Source of the DNA: Candidatus Latescibacterota bacterium
GTDB taxonomy: Bacteria; Latescibacterota; UBA2968; GCA-2709665
Assembly (NCBI GenBank): GCA_965226795.1
Contig: CBDDDZ010000003.1
Span: 128,001-192,000 of the forward strand
Direction: 5' to 3'
DNA: 64,000 bases
The translations under genes and the position numbers were made by a program. Numbering within the stretch: the first letter of the stretch is position 1; the number at the start of each line of letters is the position of its first letter. The notes beneath the pieces were generated by a model. That model was not told the origin of the DNA, did no database searches, and worked only from the letters and a program-made list of their open reading frames with translations. This document shows positions 42,173 to 51,995 of this stretch, in pieces.

Positions 42173-43510
42173 ATGCCTGAAGAATATAAAATCATTACCG
42201 AACTCTTCGGCGTCGAAGGCCTCCGGAATATCGACGTCTACAGGGCCCATGGCGGATATACAGCCATTGAGAAGGCCTTTGGGATGTCGCAGGACGAGGT
42301 AATTGACGAAGTGAGGGAGGCGTCGCTGGCCGGACGGGGAGGCGCCTGGTTCCCGGCCGGAGTAAAATGGGGGTTCATGCCGAAAGAACCCCGGGAGCCC
42401 AGTTATCTTTGTGTGAATGCCGACGAGAGCGAGCCGGGCACCTTCAAGGACAGGCATCTGATGGAGCAGAATCCCCATCAGCTTATTGAGGGTGCCATCA
42501 TCGCGTCGTATGCGATGCGGGTGAGCGTGGCATACGTCTATATCCGTGGCGAAATGTTCGAGGCCAGGACGATCATGGAACGGGCAATTGCCGAGGCGCG
42601 GGAGGCAGGATACATCGGCCGGGACATTCTGGGATCCGGCTACGATCTGGAGGTCTACACCCATCCCGGCGCCGGAGCATATATCTGCGGTGAGGAAATG
42701 GGCCTTATCCAGTCCGTTAACGGCAACCGCGCCGAGCCGCGCGCAAAACCGCCGTTTCCCGCCCAGCAGGGTGTTTTCGATCGGCCTACCACGGTGAACA
42801 ACGTGCAGACGCTGTCTTACGTACCCCACATCCTGAATCGGGGGGCGGACTGGTTCAAAGGAATCGGCAGCGAACGGTTTCCAGGTACGTTCATTTTCTG
42901 CGTCAGCGGGCATGTGAATAATCCGGGCATGTTCGAACTGGAAACCGGTTCCGTCACCATGCGCCAGATTGTGGAGGATCTCGCGGGCGGGGTGCGCGAC
43001 GGGCACCAGTTGAAAGCGGTGATTCCGGGCGGAGCGTCAACGCCGCCGATGACACCCGACCAGATCGATATCGTGATGGATCCGTCTAATTTCCTGGCGC
43101 CGGGCGGGGGTGACTTCCAGGGGATGTTCGGCACGGGCGGGATCATCGTGATGGACGAAACAACGTGCATGGTAGATGCGTTGTTGAATTTTATGGTCTT
43201 TTTCGCTCACGAGTCCTGCGGTCAATGCACGCCTTGCCGTGAGGGATGCCCCTGGGCGCGGGATATTGTGTCGCGTATTGAGAATGGTCTGGCGAAACCG
43301 GACGACCTGGATACTTTGCTTGACGTCGCTCATAACGTCGGGCCGTTTTTGTGCCCGCCTTCGAGGCTGACAACCATATGCGGCTTCGGCGGGGCCTTTG
43401 CGAATCCGATCCACGGATTTGTTCAAACGTTCCGTGGCGAGTTCGAGGCCCACATCGAAGAGGGACGATGCCCCATTCACCAGGATAAATCCATACGGGT
43501 TCCGGGGTAA
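42173..43510 (+). CDS. nuoF: NADH-quinone oxidoreductase subunit F
   Basis: NADESEPGTFKD, GAGAYICGEE, ESCGQCTPCREG. Confidence 0.93.
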   Translation: MPEEYKIITELFGVEGLRNIDVYRAHGGYTAIEKAFGMSQDEVIDEVREASLAGRGGAWFPAGVKWGFMPKEPREPSYLCVNADESEPGTFKDRHLMEQNPHQLIEGAIIASYAMRVSVAYVYIRGEMFEARTIMERAIAEAREAGYIGRDILGSGYDLEVYTHPGAGAYICGEEMGLIQSVNGNRAEPRAKPPFPAQQGVFDRPTTVNNVQTLSYVPHILNRGADWFKGIGSERFPGTFIFCVSGHVNNPGMFELETGSVTMRQIVEDLAGGVRDGHQLKAVIPGGASTPPMTPDQIDIVMDPSNFLAPGGGDFQGMFGTGGIIVMDETTCMVDALLNFMVFFAHESCGQCTPCREGCPWARDIVSRIENGLAKPDDLDTLLDVAHNVGPFLCPPSRLTTICGFGGAFANPIHGFVQTFRGEFEAHIEEGRCPIHQDKSIRVPG

Positions 43511-43516
43511 ATAAGG

Positions 43517-45133
43517 ATGGCGACATTTATTATCGATGGCAGTGAAATGGAGATCGTTCCGGGAAAGAACGTGCTTCAAACGGCGATCGATAACGGAGTT
43601 TACGTTCCCTATTATTGCTACCACCCGGGGCTCAGTGCACCCGCAAACTGCCGTATGTGCCTTGTAGAGATGGACGTAGGTGGGCGGCGCAGCCTGGGGC
43701 CTTCCTGTTCGGCCATGCCGGCGGAAGGTATGGTTGTGGATACGCGGTCCGACGTCGTAAAGGATAACCAGCGTGCCGTGATGGAATTCCTGCTGGTAAA
43801 TCATCCGCTGGACTGTCCGGTATGTGATCAGGCCGGTGAGTGCGAACTGCAGGACTACAGCTATACGTATGGATCCGATAGAAGCCGATTCCACGAGAAG
43901 AAGCTGGTGCAGCCCAAAAAAGACATCGGCAACCACGTGTTGTTGTACTCCGACCGGTGCATCCGATGTACGCGCTGTATCCGGTTCTGCGACGAGATTT
44001 CGGGCACCGGCGAACTGGGGTATTTCAATCGGGGAGTCTATAACGAAATCGACGTGTTTCCCGGGGCCCGGATGGACAATCGCCTGTCGGGCAATACCGT
44101 GGATATCTGCCCGGTAGGTGCGTTGCTGGATAAGTCGTTTCTTTTCAAGCAGCGCGTATGGTTCCTGAAGTCGGTCGACACGATCTGCCCGGGATGCAGC
44201 ACGGGGTGCAATATCAGGGCCGATTATAACAATGAACGGATCTACCGTTTGGTGCCGCGTCAGAATCCGGACGTGAACGAGTACTGGATGTGCGACGACG
44301 GTCGCCATGGGTGGGGTTATGTACACGGAGACGACCGCCTGCTGTTTCCCATGGTGGGGCGTGGCGACGAGCAGGAACTTGCGTTGTGGGAGGTCGCGCT
44401 TAACGCGGCGAAAGAGGGCTTCGAGCGCGTACGGACGGAACACGGCGCCGGGGCCGTGGCGGGGATTGCGTCGGCTCATCTGACCAACGAAGAGCATTAC
44501 CTGTTCGGCAGCCTTTTCCGGAGCGGGCTGGCGGGCGGTCCCGTTGCCCTTCGTACCAGGGTCAGCGGCGAGGGCGACGTGGTGTTCAAGGGCGGATTCA
44601 CCATTCACGCGGATAAGTCACCGAATTCTCGCGGCGCGCGGACCGTTTTGGAAGGCATCGGGCTATCTCTGACCGAGACCTCCGAAATTTGGCGGGACGT
44701 GGCGGAGGGACGGATCAAGGGTCTCTATCTCCTGGGTGGCGATCCTCTGGAGTCGATGTCGGACGAGGAACTCAAGGCCCTCGGAGCCCTGGATTTTCTG
44801 GTCGTTCAGGATGTCCTGACGCATCGTTGGATGGAGATGGCGGACGTGATCCTGCCGGGCGCGGCATTTATAGAAAAGGACGGCACGTTTACCAACGTCG
44901 ATGGACGGGTGCAGCGTGTCCGCCGGGGGCTGGCGCCTGTAGGGGATGCCCGTGCGGATTGGGAGATCCTGCGAGACGTCATTCAGGCCATGGGCGGCGA
45001 CGCCGCGCAGACGCGGGTTGAGGAGGTCATGGCCGACATGGCGGGCACCGTTGCGGCTTTCGAGGGGATAAACGATGATGACGAGGGCGATCAGAGCAGA
45101 CCGCTCCTTGGAATCCAGGCGGCCGAGGCGTAG
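43517..45133 (+). CDS. nuoG: NADH-quinone oxidoreductase subunit G (short form)
   Basis: CYHPGL..CRMC, HPLDCPVCDQAGEC, CIRCTRC, CPGCSTGC. Confidence 0.92.
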   Translation: MATFIIDGSEMEIVPGKNVLQTAIDNGVYVPYYCYHPGLSAPANCRMCLVEMDVGGRRSLGPSCSAMPAEGMVVDTRSDVVKDNQRAVMEFLLVNHPLDCPVCDQAGECELQDYSYTYGSDRSRFHEKKLVQPKKDIGNHVLLYSDRCIRCTRCIRFCDEISGTGELGYFNRGVYNEIDVFPGARMDNRLSGNTVDICPVGALLDKSFLFKQRVWFLKSVDTICPGCSTGCNIRADYNNERIYRLVPRQNPDVNEYWMCDDGRHGWGYVHGDDRLLFPMVGRGDEQELALWEVALNAAKEGFERVRTEHGAGAVAGIASAHLTNEEHYLFGSLFRSGLAGGPVALRTRVSGEGDVVFKGGFTIHADKSPNSRGARTVLEGIGLSLTETSEIWRDVAEGRIKGLYLLGGDPLESMSDEELKALGALDFLVVQDVLTHRWMEMADVILPGAAFIEKDGTFTNVDGRVQRVRRGLAPVGDARADWEILRDVIQAMGGDAAQTRVEEVMADMAGTVAAFEGINDDDEGDQSRPLLGIQAAEA

Positions 45134-45141
45134 GCGCACTT

Positions 45142-46182
45142 ATGGATCATGTGATTGAGAGTGCCATCAAAATAGTGGTGGTGTTCGCCGGGCTTCTGGG
45201 CGGGGTTGCGTATCTCACACTGGCCGAGCGAAAGATCAGCGCTTATATCCAGAACCGTCTGGGTCCAAACCGGGTGGGACCGTGGGGGTTGCTTCAGCCG
45301 CTCGCCGACGGCCTCAAGTTCCTGTTCAAAGAAGATGTGATTCCCCGGCATGTGAACCGCTTCGTCTATCTGGCCGCGCCGCCCGCGATTCTCGTCCCCG
45401 CGTTGATGGGTTTTGCCATCGTACCGTTCGGCGATACCATTACGCTTTGGGGCCGGGAGGTCCGCCTGCAGATCGTGGATCTGAACATTGGCATTCTTTA
45501 CCTTCTCGCGCTGTCGTCTCTGGGTGTCTATGGCGTGGTGCTGGGTGGCTGGGCGTCCAACAACAAGTATGCCCTGCTGGGCGGGTTGCGTGCGTGCGCT
45601 CAGATGATCAGCTACGAGTTGGCGCTGGGGCTGTCGCTGGTTGGCGTACTGATGGCCGCGGGTACGCTGCAACTGGATGAAATCGTCAGACAGCAGTCGG
45701 AGCAGACCCTGTTCGGTTTTTTGCCGCGATGGAATGTATTTACGCAACCTCTTGGGTTCATGTTGTTTACCGTGGCTACGTTCGCCGAGACCAACCGCCT
45801 TCCGTTTGATCTTCCGGAATCGGAACAGGAACTGGTGGCCGGATATCACGCCGAGTACAGCAGTATGAAGTTCGCCATGTTCTTTATGGCCGAGTACGCC
45901 CACATGATAACGGCGTCCGCCGTCATAGCCACATTGTTCTTCGGCGGCTGGCATATGCCCTGGCTGGTGGATCCCGAGAGTTCCTCGATCGGCGCCAGTC
46001 TGCTCAAAATGCTCGCATTTCTGGTTAAGACCGGATTCTTCATGTTCCTGTTCCTGTGGGTGCGCTGGACCCTTCCGCGCTTTCGATACGATCAGGTGAT
46101 GTGGTTGGGGTGGAAGGTGCTGCTGCCGCTGGCGCTTCTGAACGTCTTCTTAACCGGGCTGTATCTGACGCTTGCGAGCTGA
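45142..46182 (+). CDS. nuoH: NADH-quinone oxidoreductase subunit H
   Basis: ERKI..RLGPNRVG, PFDLPESEQEL, PRFRYDQ. Confidence 0.96.
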   Translation: MDHVIESAIKIVVVFAGLLGGVAYLTLAERKISAYIQNRLGPNRVGPWGLLQPLADGLKFLFKEDVIPRHVNRFVYLAAPPAILVPALMGFAIVPFGDTITLWGREVRLQIVDLNIGILYLLALSSLGVYGVVLGGWASNNKYALLGGLRACAQMISYELALGLSLVGVLMAAGTLQLDEIVRQQSEQTLFGFLPRWNVFTQPLGFMLFTVATFAETNRLPFDLPESEQELVAGYHAEYSSMKFAMFFMAEYAHMITASAVIATLFFGGWHMPWLVDPESSSIGASLLKMLAFLVKTGFFMFLFLWVRWTLPRFRYDQVMWLGWKVLLPLALLNVFLTGLYLTLAS

Positions 46183-46368
46183 GTGTCCCGTCCCAGAAAT
46201 ATGTCACTATCCATCCGCCGATTCATCCCGTCTCGCTGCGTTGCTTGCGCTGAGCTTGTCGAAGTGCCATCACTCGCCGACCTTGCCCAGGTCGCCTCGC
46301 TCGAGGCGCCTTGCGAGCTGGGCGACTCGGCGGCCGAATTTTGGCGATCTATTTCCGGGACAGAACAC
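46183..46368. mobile_element. MITE family C with 3-bp TGA target duplication
   Basis: TIR GTGTCCCGTCCCAGAAATATGTC...GATCTATTTCCGGGACAGAACAC; TGA on both flanks. Confidence 0.8.
46247..46267. repeat. REP-like motif nested in MITE C
   Basis: GCGCTGAGCTTGTCGAAGTGC, resembles the widespread CTGAGC.TGTCGAAG short repeat. Confidence 0.5.
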
Positions 46369-46393
46369 TGAGCGGCGCCCTGCTGGAGGGAGA

Positions 46394-46921
46394 ATGGAGC
46401 AGACCTTCTTTTTTGTTTTTGCCGCAATCGCCCTGGTTGCGGCTGTGCTCCTCGTCGCGTTTCGAAATCCGGTTTACAGCGCCCTGTCACTTGTGGCTAC
46501 GTTCTTTGCCCTGGCAGGGCTTTTTGTTTTGCTGAATGCCTATTTCCTGGCGGCGGTTCAGGTGATTGTGTATGCCGGCGCAATTATGGTACTCTTCCTG
46601 TTTGTCATTATGCTTCTGAACCTGGGCCATTCCAACGGGCTCGAACGCGTCGCGGGTAAATATCGCCGGGGCGCCGTGGTGTTACTGGCGGCGGTACTGG
46701 TTGCGCAACTGGGCTTCATGGCAGGACGGCGTTGGGCCGGCACGCCGGTATCCGAAGAAATCCCTCTGTTTACGGACAACATAAACGCTATCGGTAAACT
46801 GTTATATACCAGGTTTCTGTTTCCTTTCGAGGTGGTTTCCGTGATTCTGCTGGTGGCTCTGATCGGCGTGATGGTAATGGTGAAACGGGATCGTGAAGGC
46901 GAAAAAGACCAGCCACGTTAG
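46394..46921 (+). CDS. nuoJ: NADH-quinone oxidoreductase subunit J
   Basis: NPVYSAL, QVIVYAGAIMVLFLFVIMLL, PFE. Confidence 0.95.
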   Translation: MEQTFFFVFAAIALVAAVLLVAFRNPVYSALSLVATFFALAGLFVLLNAYFLAAVQVIVYAGAIMVLFLFVIMLLNLGHSNGLERVAGKYRRGAVVLLAAVLVAQLGFMAGRRWAGTPVSEEIPLFTDNINAIGKLLYTRFLFPFEVVSVILLVALIGVMVMVKRDREGEKDQPR

Positions 46922-47008
46922 GCGCTACAGTAATTCCAGGCGCAGTCTACCCGTCCGGTTTTCGTTTGCGAGATGAATTCGGGATGGGTCCTTAACAATG
47001 AGATCGAG

Positions 47009-47314
47009 ATGGCCGTTCCGGTTTCCTATTACCTGATTCTGAGCGCGATGCTGTTCGCAATCGGTGTGACGGGCGTGCTGATACGTCGCAATGCGATCGT
47101 GATCTTCATGTGTATCGAATTGATGCTGAACGCGGTTAATCTGTTGTTCGTGACAATGGCGCGGTATATGGGGTCGGGTTCAGGCCAGGTATTCGTGTTT
47201 TTCGTGATGGCGGTGTCCGCTGCCGAAGTGGCGGTCGGGCTGGCGATAATTATTGCGCTATACAGGAACAGACAGACATTGGATGTGGGCAAGGTGAATC
47301 TCCTGAAATGGTAG
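47009..47314 (+). CDS. nuoK: NADH-quinone oxidoreductase subunit K
   Basis: [20 protein letters not shown]. Confidence 0.95.
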   Translation: MAVPVSYYLILSAMLFAIGVTGVLIRRNAIVIFMCIELMLNAVNLLFVTMARYMGSGSGQVFVFFVMAVSAAEVAVGLAIIIALYRNRQTLDVGKVNLLKW

Positions 47315-47374
47315 GCGCCGTGAGATCTCTTTACTGCAATCCCCTTCTTTCTGTTTGAACTGAGTGGGCATACA

Positions 47375-49234
47375 ATGTTGACCCTGGTCATTCTGATTAT
47401 TCTCCTTCCGCTCGCCGGTGCGGCCGTTAACGGATTGTTCGGGTATCGGCTGCGAGAGGCGTCCGGGTATATCGGTTCCGCGGCGGTGGGGCTCTCGTGG
47501 GTGCTGTCGCTGCGCGTTCTGTTCTGGGTGATTGGCGGCGGTGGATTGAACGAAAACGTGTACGCCTGGATATGGGCGGGGTCGTTCAGGGCTGCGGTGG
47601 GGTTCCAGGTCGATGCGCTGTCGGCAATCATGATTGTGACGGTTACGACAATCTCATTCCTGATCCATATCTATTCTTTCGGATATATGCGCAACGACCC
47701 GGGTTTCGCCAGGTTCTTCGCCTATCTGAACCTGTTTGTGTTCTCGATGCTGGTGCTGGTGCTCGCGAACAATTATCTGCTGATGTTCGTGGGATGGGAA
47801 GGCGTTGGGTTATGTTCGTATCTCCTGATCGGATTCTGGTACGAGCGCAAGTCCGCTTCCGATGCCGGCAAGAAGGCGTTTATTGTGAACCGGATCGGGG
47901 ATTTCGGTTTCCTGCTTGGCATTTTTCTGATGGTTAGTTACCTGGGCACTGTGCAGTACACTGAGGTATTCGAGAAGGCGCCCCTGATGTTGTCCACCGG
48001 AGTCGCTACGGCGATCGCGCTTCTGCTTTTTGTGGGGGCCTGCGGCAAGTCGGCGCAGTTTCCGCTTTATGTCTGGCTGCCCGATGCAATGGAAGGCCCA
48101 ACGCCGGTGAGTTCTTTGATCCATGCGGCCACGATGGTCACGGCGGGGGTCTATATGGTGGCGCGCTCGAATGTGCTTTATACGCTCGCGCCCACCGCCG
48201 GCGCCGTGGTGGCCTGGGTCGGCGTTGTCACGGTGTTGCTGGCCGCGACCATCGCACTGGTGAATACCGACATCAAAAGGGTTCTGGCCTATTCAACGGT
48301 CAGCCAGCTGGGGTACATGTTCATTGGAGTGGGGGTGGGCGCATATACGGCCGGAATTTTCCACCTGTTTACGCATGCGTTTTTCAAGGGATTGATGTTT
48401 CTGGCCGCGGGCAGTGTGATGCACGCGATGCAGGACGAGCTGGATATGCGGAAGATGGGCGGGCTGCTGGGCAAGATGCGGCTGACTGGCGTCACATTCT
48501 GGATAGGCGCACTCGCCATCGCGGGAATTCCGCCGCTGTCCGGATTCTGGAGTAAGGATGAAATCCTGGCGAGTGCGTACCGCTCCGGGAATGTGGCGAT
48601 CTGGTCTCTTGGCGTCGCGGGGGCGGCCCTGACGGCGTTTTATATGTTCCGGCTGATCTTTATGACCTTCCACGGACAACCACGGAATAAACATCTTTAC
48701 GACCATGCTCACGAATCGCCGTTGAACATGACTGCGCCGCTTGTGGTACTGGCGCTGGGTTCGGCCGTGGTGGGTTTCGTGGGCGTTCCGCCGGGGCATG
48801 GTTGGATAGACGCGTTTTTGAGCGATGCGGCTGGAGGGGCACACCATACGGCATCCGGCGGATTGTCCGGTGGCGTGTTGATGGGTATTTCCATCATCGC
48901 GGGTTTGCTGGGAATCGGGTTCGCGTACCGGATGCACAGGGCGGGTCGGCTGGGAGCGGAGTCCTCGAATTCCCTTCATGGGTTGCTGATTCGCAAGTGG
49001 TACGTAGACGAGATTTACCACGCCCTCGTCGTGCGTCCGATTCATCGGCTTTCGCTGACATTGTCGAGTGTTCTTGATGCGATCGTGGTGGATGGTATCG
49101 CAAACGGACTGGGGTTGCTGGTGAAGGCCGCGGGCTGGGTCGTTACCCGCTTTCAGTCGGGCAATGCGCCCACATATGCGCTTTGGATGGTGCTTGGCGT
49201 GGTTTCGGTACTTTACTATGTGTCAGGGAATTGA
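47375..49234 (+). CDS. nuoL: NADH-quinone oxidoreductase subunit L
   Basis: GKSAQFPLYVWLPDAMEGPTPVS, SKDEIL, KWYVDEIY. Confidence 0.96.
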   Translation: MLTLVILIILLPLAGAAVNGLFGYRLREASGYIGSAAVGLSWVLSLRVLFWVIGGGGLNENVYAWIWAGSFRAAVGFQVDALSAIMIVTVTTISFLIHIYSFGYMRNDPGFARFFAYLNLFVFSMLVLVLANNYLLMFVGWEGVGLCSYLLIGFWYERKSASDAGKKAFIVNRIGDFGFLLGIFLMVSYLGTVQYTEVFEKAPLMLSTGVATAIALLLFVGACGKSAQFPLYVWLPDAMEGPTPVSSLIHAATMVTAGVYMVARSNVLYTLAPTAGAVVAWVGVVTVLLAATIALVNTDIKRVLAYSTVSQLGYMFIGVGVGAYTAGIFHLFTHAFFKGLMFLAAGSVMHAMQDELDMRKMGGLLGKMRLTGVTFWIGALAIAGIPPLSGFWSKDEILASAYRSGNVAIWSLGVAGAALTAFYMFRLIFMTFHGQPRNKHLYDHAHESPLNMTAPLVVLALGSAVVGFVGVPPGHGWIDAFLSDAAGGAHHTASGGLSGGVLMGISIIAGLLGIGFAYRMHRAGRLGAESSNSLHGLLIRKWYVDEIYHALVVRPIHRLSLTLSSVLDAIVVDGIANGLGLLVKAAGWVVTRFQSGNAPTYALWMVLGVVSVLYYVSGN

Positions 49235-49327
49235 GCGCGCCCGCGTCGCGAGAAGAGATTCTTCATCGCGGTTTCCGCGAAACCCTGTGTGCGACCTTTA
49301 AATAGCCACAAATAAGGAACTAAACCT

Positions 49328-50848
49328 ATGCCTGGACTCCTTACAGGCTTGATTTTTATACCGCTGATCGGCGGCGTGTTGGTTCTGCTTTTAGGTCGCG
49401 GCCGAGACGGGTTCAGCCGCGGGTTCGCTCTGGCGGTGGCATTGGTGAATTTGCTGCTGTCCGTTTTGTTATATGTCAATTTCAAAGCGGGCACGCCGGG
49501 GATGCAGTTTGTAGAAAAGAAGGAGTGGGTGGGGTCGTTTGGCATCTCCTACTTCGTGGGAATCGACGGAATCAGTCTGTTGCTGGTACTGGTGACCACC
49601 CTGCTTACGTTTCTGGCGATGCTCGCTTCCTGGACGTCAATCACCTCCCGGGTACGGGAGTATATGGCCGCGATGCTTCTGCTGGAAACCGGTATGATCG
49701 GGGTGTTCTGCGCCCTGGATCTGTTCCTCTTCTACGTGTTCTGGGAGGCCATGCTGGTTCCGATGTATCTGTTGATCGGCGTCTGGGGCGGTGAACGCCG
49801 GATCTATGCGGCGGTGAAATTCGTGCTGTTTACCCTGGCTGGCAGTCTGTTGATGCTCGTAGCGATTGTCTATCTGGGTCTGCAGTTTGGCACCTTTGAC
49901 CTCATGGTTCTTCAGAAGATGACCTTTCTTCACCCGGAACAGCACTGGCTCTTCCTGGCGTTTTTCCTGAGTTTCGCCATTAAGGTACCGCTGTTTCCAC
50001 TTCATACCTGGTTGCCGGACGCGCACGTGGAAGCGCCAACGGCGGGCAGCGTGATCCTTGCGGGCGTACTGCTTAAGATGGGTACCTACGGGTTGATTCG
50101 ATTCTGCCTGCCAATGTTCCCATTGGCTGCGTTGTACTTCACTCCCTACATAATGGTACTGTCTGTGATCGGCATCGTATACGGAGCACTCGTGGCTATG
50201 GTACAGACGGATATCAAGAAACTGGTGGCTTATTCGAGCGTGAGCCATCTGGGTTTCGTGGTCCTGGGCATTTTTTCGATGAACACTCAGGGAATGCAGG
50301 GTGGAATTATTCAGATGGTGAACCACGGGCTGTCAACGGGGGCACTGTTCTTGATTGTGGGGATGATATACGAACGCCGGCATACACGGCTGATTGCCGA
50401 TTTTGGCGGCCTGGCCAAATCCATTCCGGTATTCGCCACGTTTTTTTTGATTACGACGCTTTCGTCCATCGGACTGCCGGGGCTGAACGGGTTCGTGGGT
50501 GAGTTCCTGATCCTTCTGGGAGCGTTCAAGGCAAGTATGGTATTCGGCATCATTGCCGCTTCGGGTGTCGTCCTGGCGGCCGTGTATATGTTGTGGATGT
50601 TCCAACGCGTGGTATGGGGCGAGGTAAAAGATGAAAGAAATCGGAACCTGCCGGACCTATCCATACGGGAGTGGTTCATTTTGACGCCGCTGGTGATACT
50701 GATGTTCTGGATCGGCGTGTACCCGGGCGCGTTATTGAAAAAAACCGAATTGTCGGCGAAACAGGTGATAGAACAGGTGCGTATTCGGCAAATTGAAAGC
50801 TTAACCGATATCCTGGCGACGGATCGTTCACGCGAGAGATTCAGATAA
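49328..50848 (+). CDS. nuoM: NADH-quinone oxidoreductase subunit M
   Basis: KVPLFPLHTWLPDAHVEAPT, LKMGTYG, GFVGEF. Confidence 0.96.
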   Translation: MPGLLTGLIFIPLIGGVLVLLLGRGRDGFSRGFALAVALVNLLLSVLLYVNFKAGTPGMQFVEKKEWVGSFGISYFVGIDGISLLLVLVTTLLTFLAMLASWTSITSRVREYMAAMLLLETGMIGVFCALDLFLFYVFWEAMLVPMYLLIGVWGGERRIYAAVKFVLFTLAGSLLMLVAIVYLGLQFGTFDLMVLQKMTFLHPEQHWLFLAFFLSFAIKVPLFPLHTWLPDAHVEAPTAGSVILAGVLLKMGTYGLIRFCLPMFPLAALYFTPYIMVLSVIGIVYGALVAMVQTDIKKLVAYSSVSHLGFVVLGIFSMNTQGMQGGIIQMVNHGLSTGALFLIVGMIYERRHTRLIADFGGLAKSIPVFATFFLITTLSSIGLPGLNGFVGEFLILLGAFKASMVFGIIAASGVVLAAVYMLWMFQRVVWGEVKDERNRNLPDLSIREWFILTPLVILMFWIGVYPGALLKKTELSAKQVIEQVRIRQIESLTDILATDRSRERFR

Positions 50849-50908
50849 ATCGATCCGGACATCAGACGTGTTCGGCCATTGCCCGGCACGGGCCGGAGGA
50901 GACGGGGT

Positions 50909-51394
50909 TTGAGAATTCTGCTAAGTCTGGGTGTTGTGTTGTTCGGCGTCTGGCTGCTCTGGTCTGGGCATTATTCCATCGACCATACGCTGGTTCTCGT
51001 GTTTGGAATCGTCTCATGCCTGGCGGTTGTCGCCATTGTCCGGCGTATGGGCATCGTCGATTCCGAGGGACATCCGATTCACCTGGCAGGTCGGGCGCTC
51101 CGATATGCCCCGTGGTTGCTGCTTGCCATTCTCCGGTCCAATGTTGATGTGGTTTTACGAATACTGAATCCACGACTGCCCATCAGCCCCACCCTGATTC
51201 GCATCAGGGCAAGCCAGAAAACTGCGCTCGGGAAGGTCATTTACGCCAACTCCATTACACTGACTCCCGGGACGGTTTCGGTGGAGGTGGAAGACGACCT
51301 GATTCTTGTTCACGCGCTCTCGCAGGAAAGCGCCCGGGAACTCGTGGACGGCGAGATGGATCGCCGTGTCTCGGCAATGGAGGGAGCTTCCTGA
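50909..51394 (+). CDS. mrpE: Na+/H+ antiporter subunit E
   Basis: ANSITLTPGT, VHAL; GGAGGAG RBS before TTG. Confidence 0.9.
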   Translation: MRILLSLGVVLFGVWLLWSGHYSIDHTLVLVFGIVSCLAVVAIVRRMGIVDSEGHPIHLAGRALRYAPWLLLAILRSNVDVVLRILNPRLPISPTLIRIRASQKTALGKVIYANSITLTPGTVSVEVEDDLILVHALSQESARELVDGEMDRRVSAMEGAS

Positions 51395-51681
51395 TGTTTG
51401 CGGCGGCAATGGCGGCAATCCTGATAACGATGGTTCTGGCTCTGGTTCGAGCGTTCGCGGGTCCAACGGTTTACGACCGCATTCTGGCCGCAAATATGAT
51501 CGGCACCAAGATGATACTCCTGATTGCGGTGCTGGGTTTTCTCACCGGTCGGCCAGATTTTCTCGACCTGGCGCTGATCTACGTCCTGTTGAACTTCATC
51601 GGGACATTTGCTGTACTCAAGTACGTTCAATACGGCAGTTTTGGTTCGGCAGACGGCGAGAGCGGAGAACCCCCCAAGTGA
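51394..51681 (+). CDS. mrpF: Na+/H+ antiporter subunit F
   Basis: GPTVYDRIL, DLALIY. Confidence 0.9.
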   Translation: MFAAAMAAILITMVLALVRAFAGPTVYDRILAANMIGTKMILLIAVLGFLTGRPDFLDLALIYVLLNFIGTFAVLKYVQYGSFGSADGESGEPPK

Positions 51682-51995
51682 TGGTTCACGATGTCGCGAG
51701 TTGGGCTTGTTTGCTCCTGGGGTCGTTCTTATGTATCGTGGGCGGCGTCGGGCTGATCAGACTTCCCGATTTTTACAGCCGGATGCACGGCGCCGGAATT
51801 ACTGATACGTTCGGCGCCGGGCTTGTGCTTGTGGGGCTGATGGTACAGGGCGGACTCAGCATGGTCACCGTCAAGCTGTTTCTGATCCTCCTGCTTCTCT
51901 TTCTGACCAGTCCGGCATCGACCCACGCGGTCGCAAAGGCCGCCTTCACCTCCGGGTTGAAGCCACTGCTTCAGAAGGACAACCACCGACAATGA
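51681..51995 (+). CDS. mrpG: Na+/H+ antiporter subunit G
   Basis: RLPDFYSRMH, P.STHAVAKAA. Confidence 0.9.
   Translation: MVHDVASWACLLLGSFLCIVGGVGLIRLPDFYSRMHGAGITDTFGAGLVLVGLMVQGGLSMVTVKLFLILLLLFLTSPASTHAVAKAAFTSGLKPLLQKDNHRQ

Noticed and set aside
46183..46371. 62-aa ORF with C..C in the nuoI position
   Set aside because: Coincides exactly with the MITE and lacks the two CxxCxxCxxxCP ferredoxin motifs
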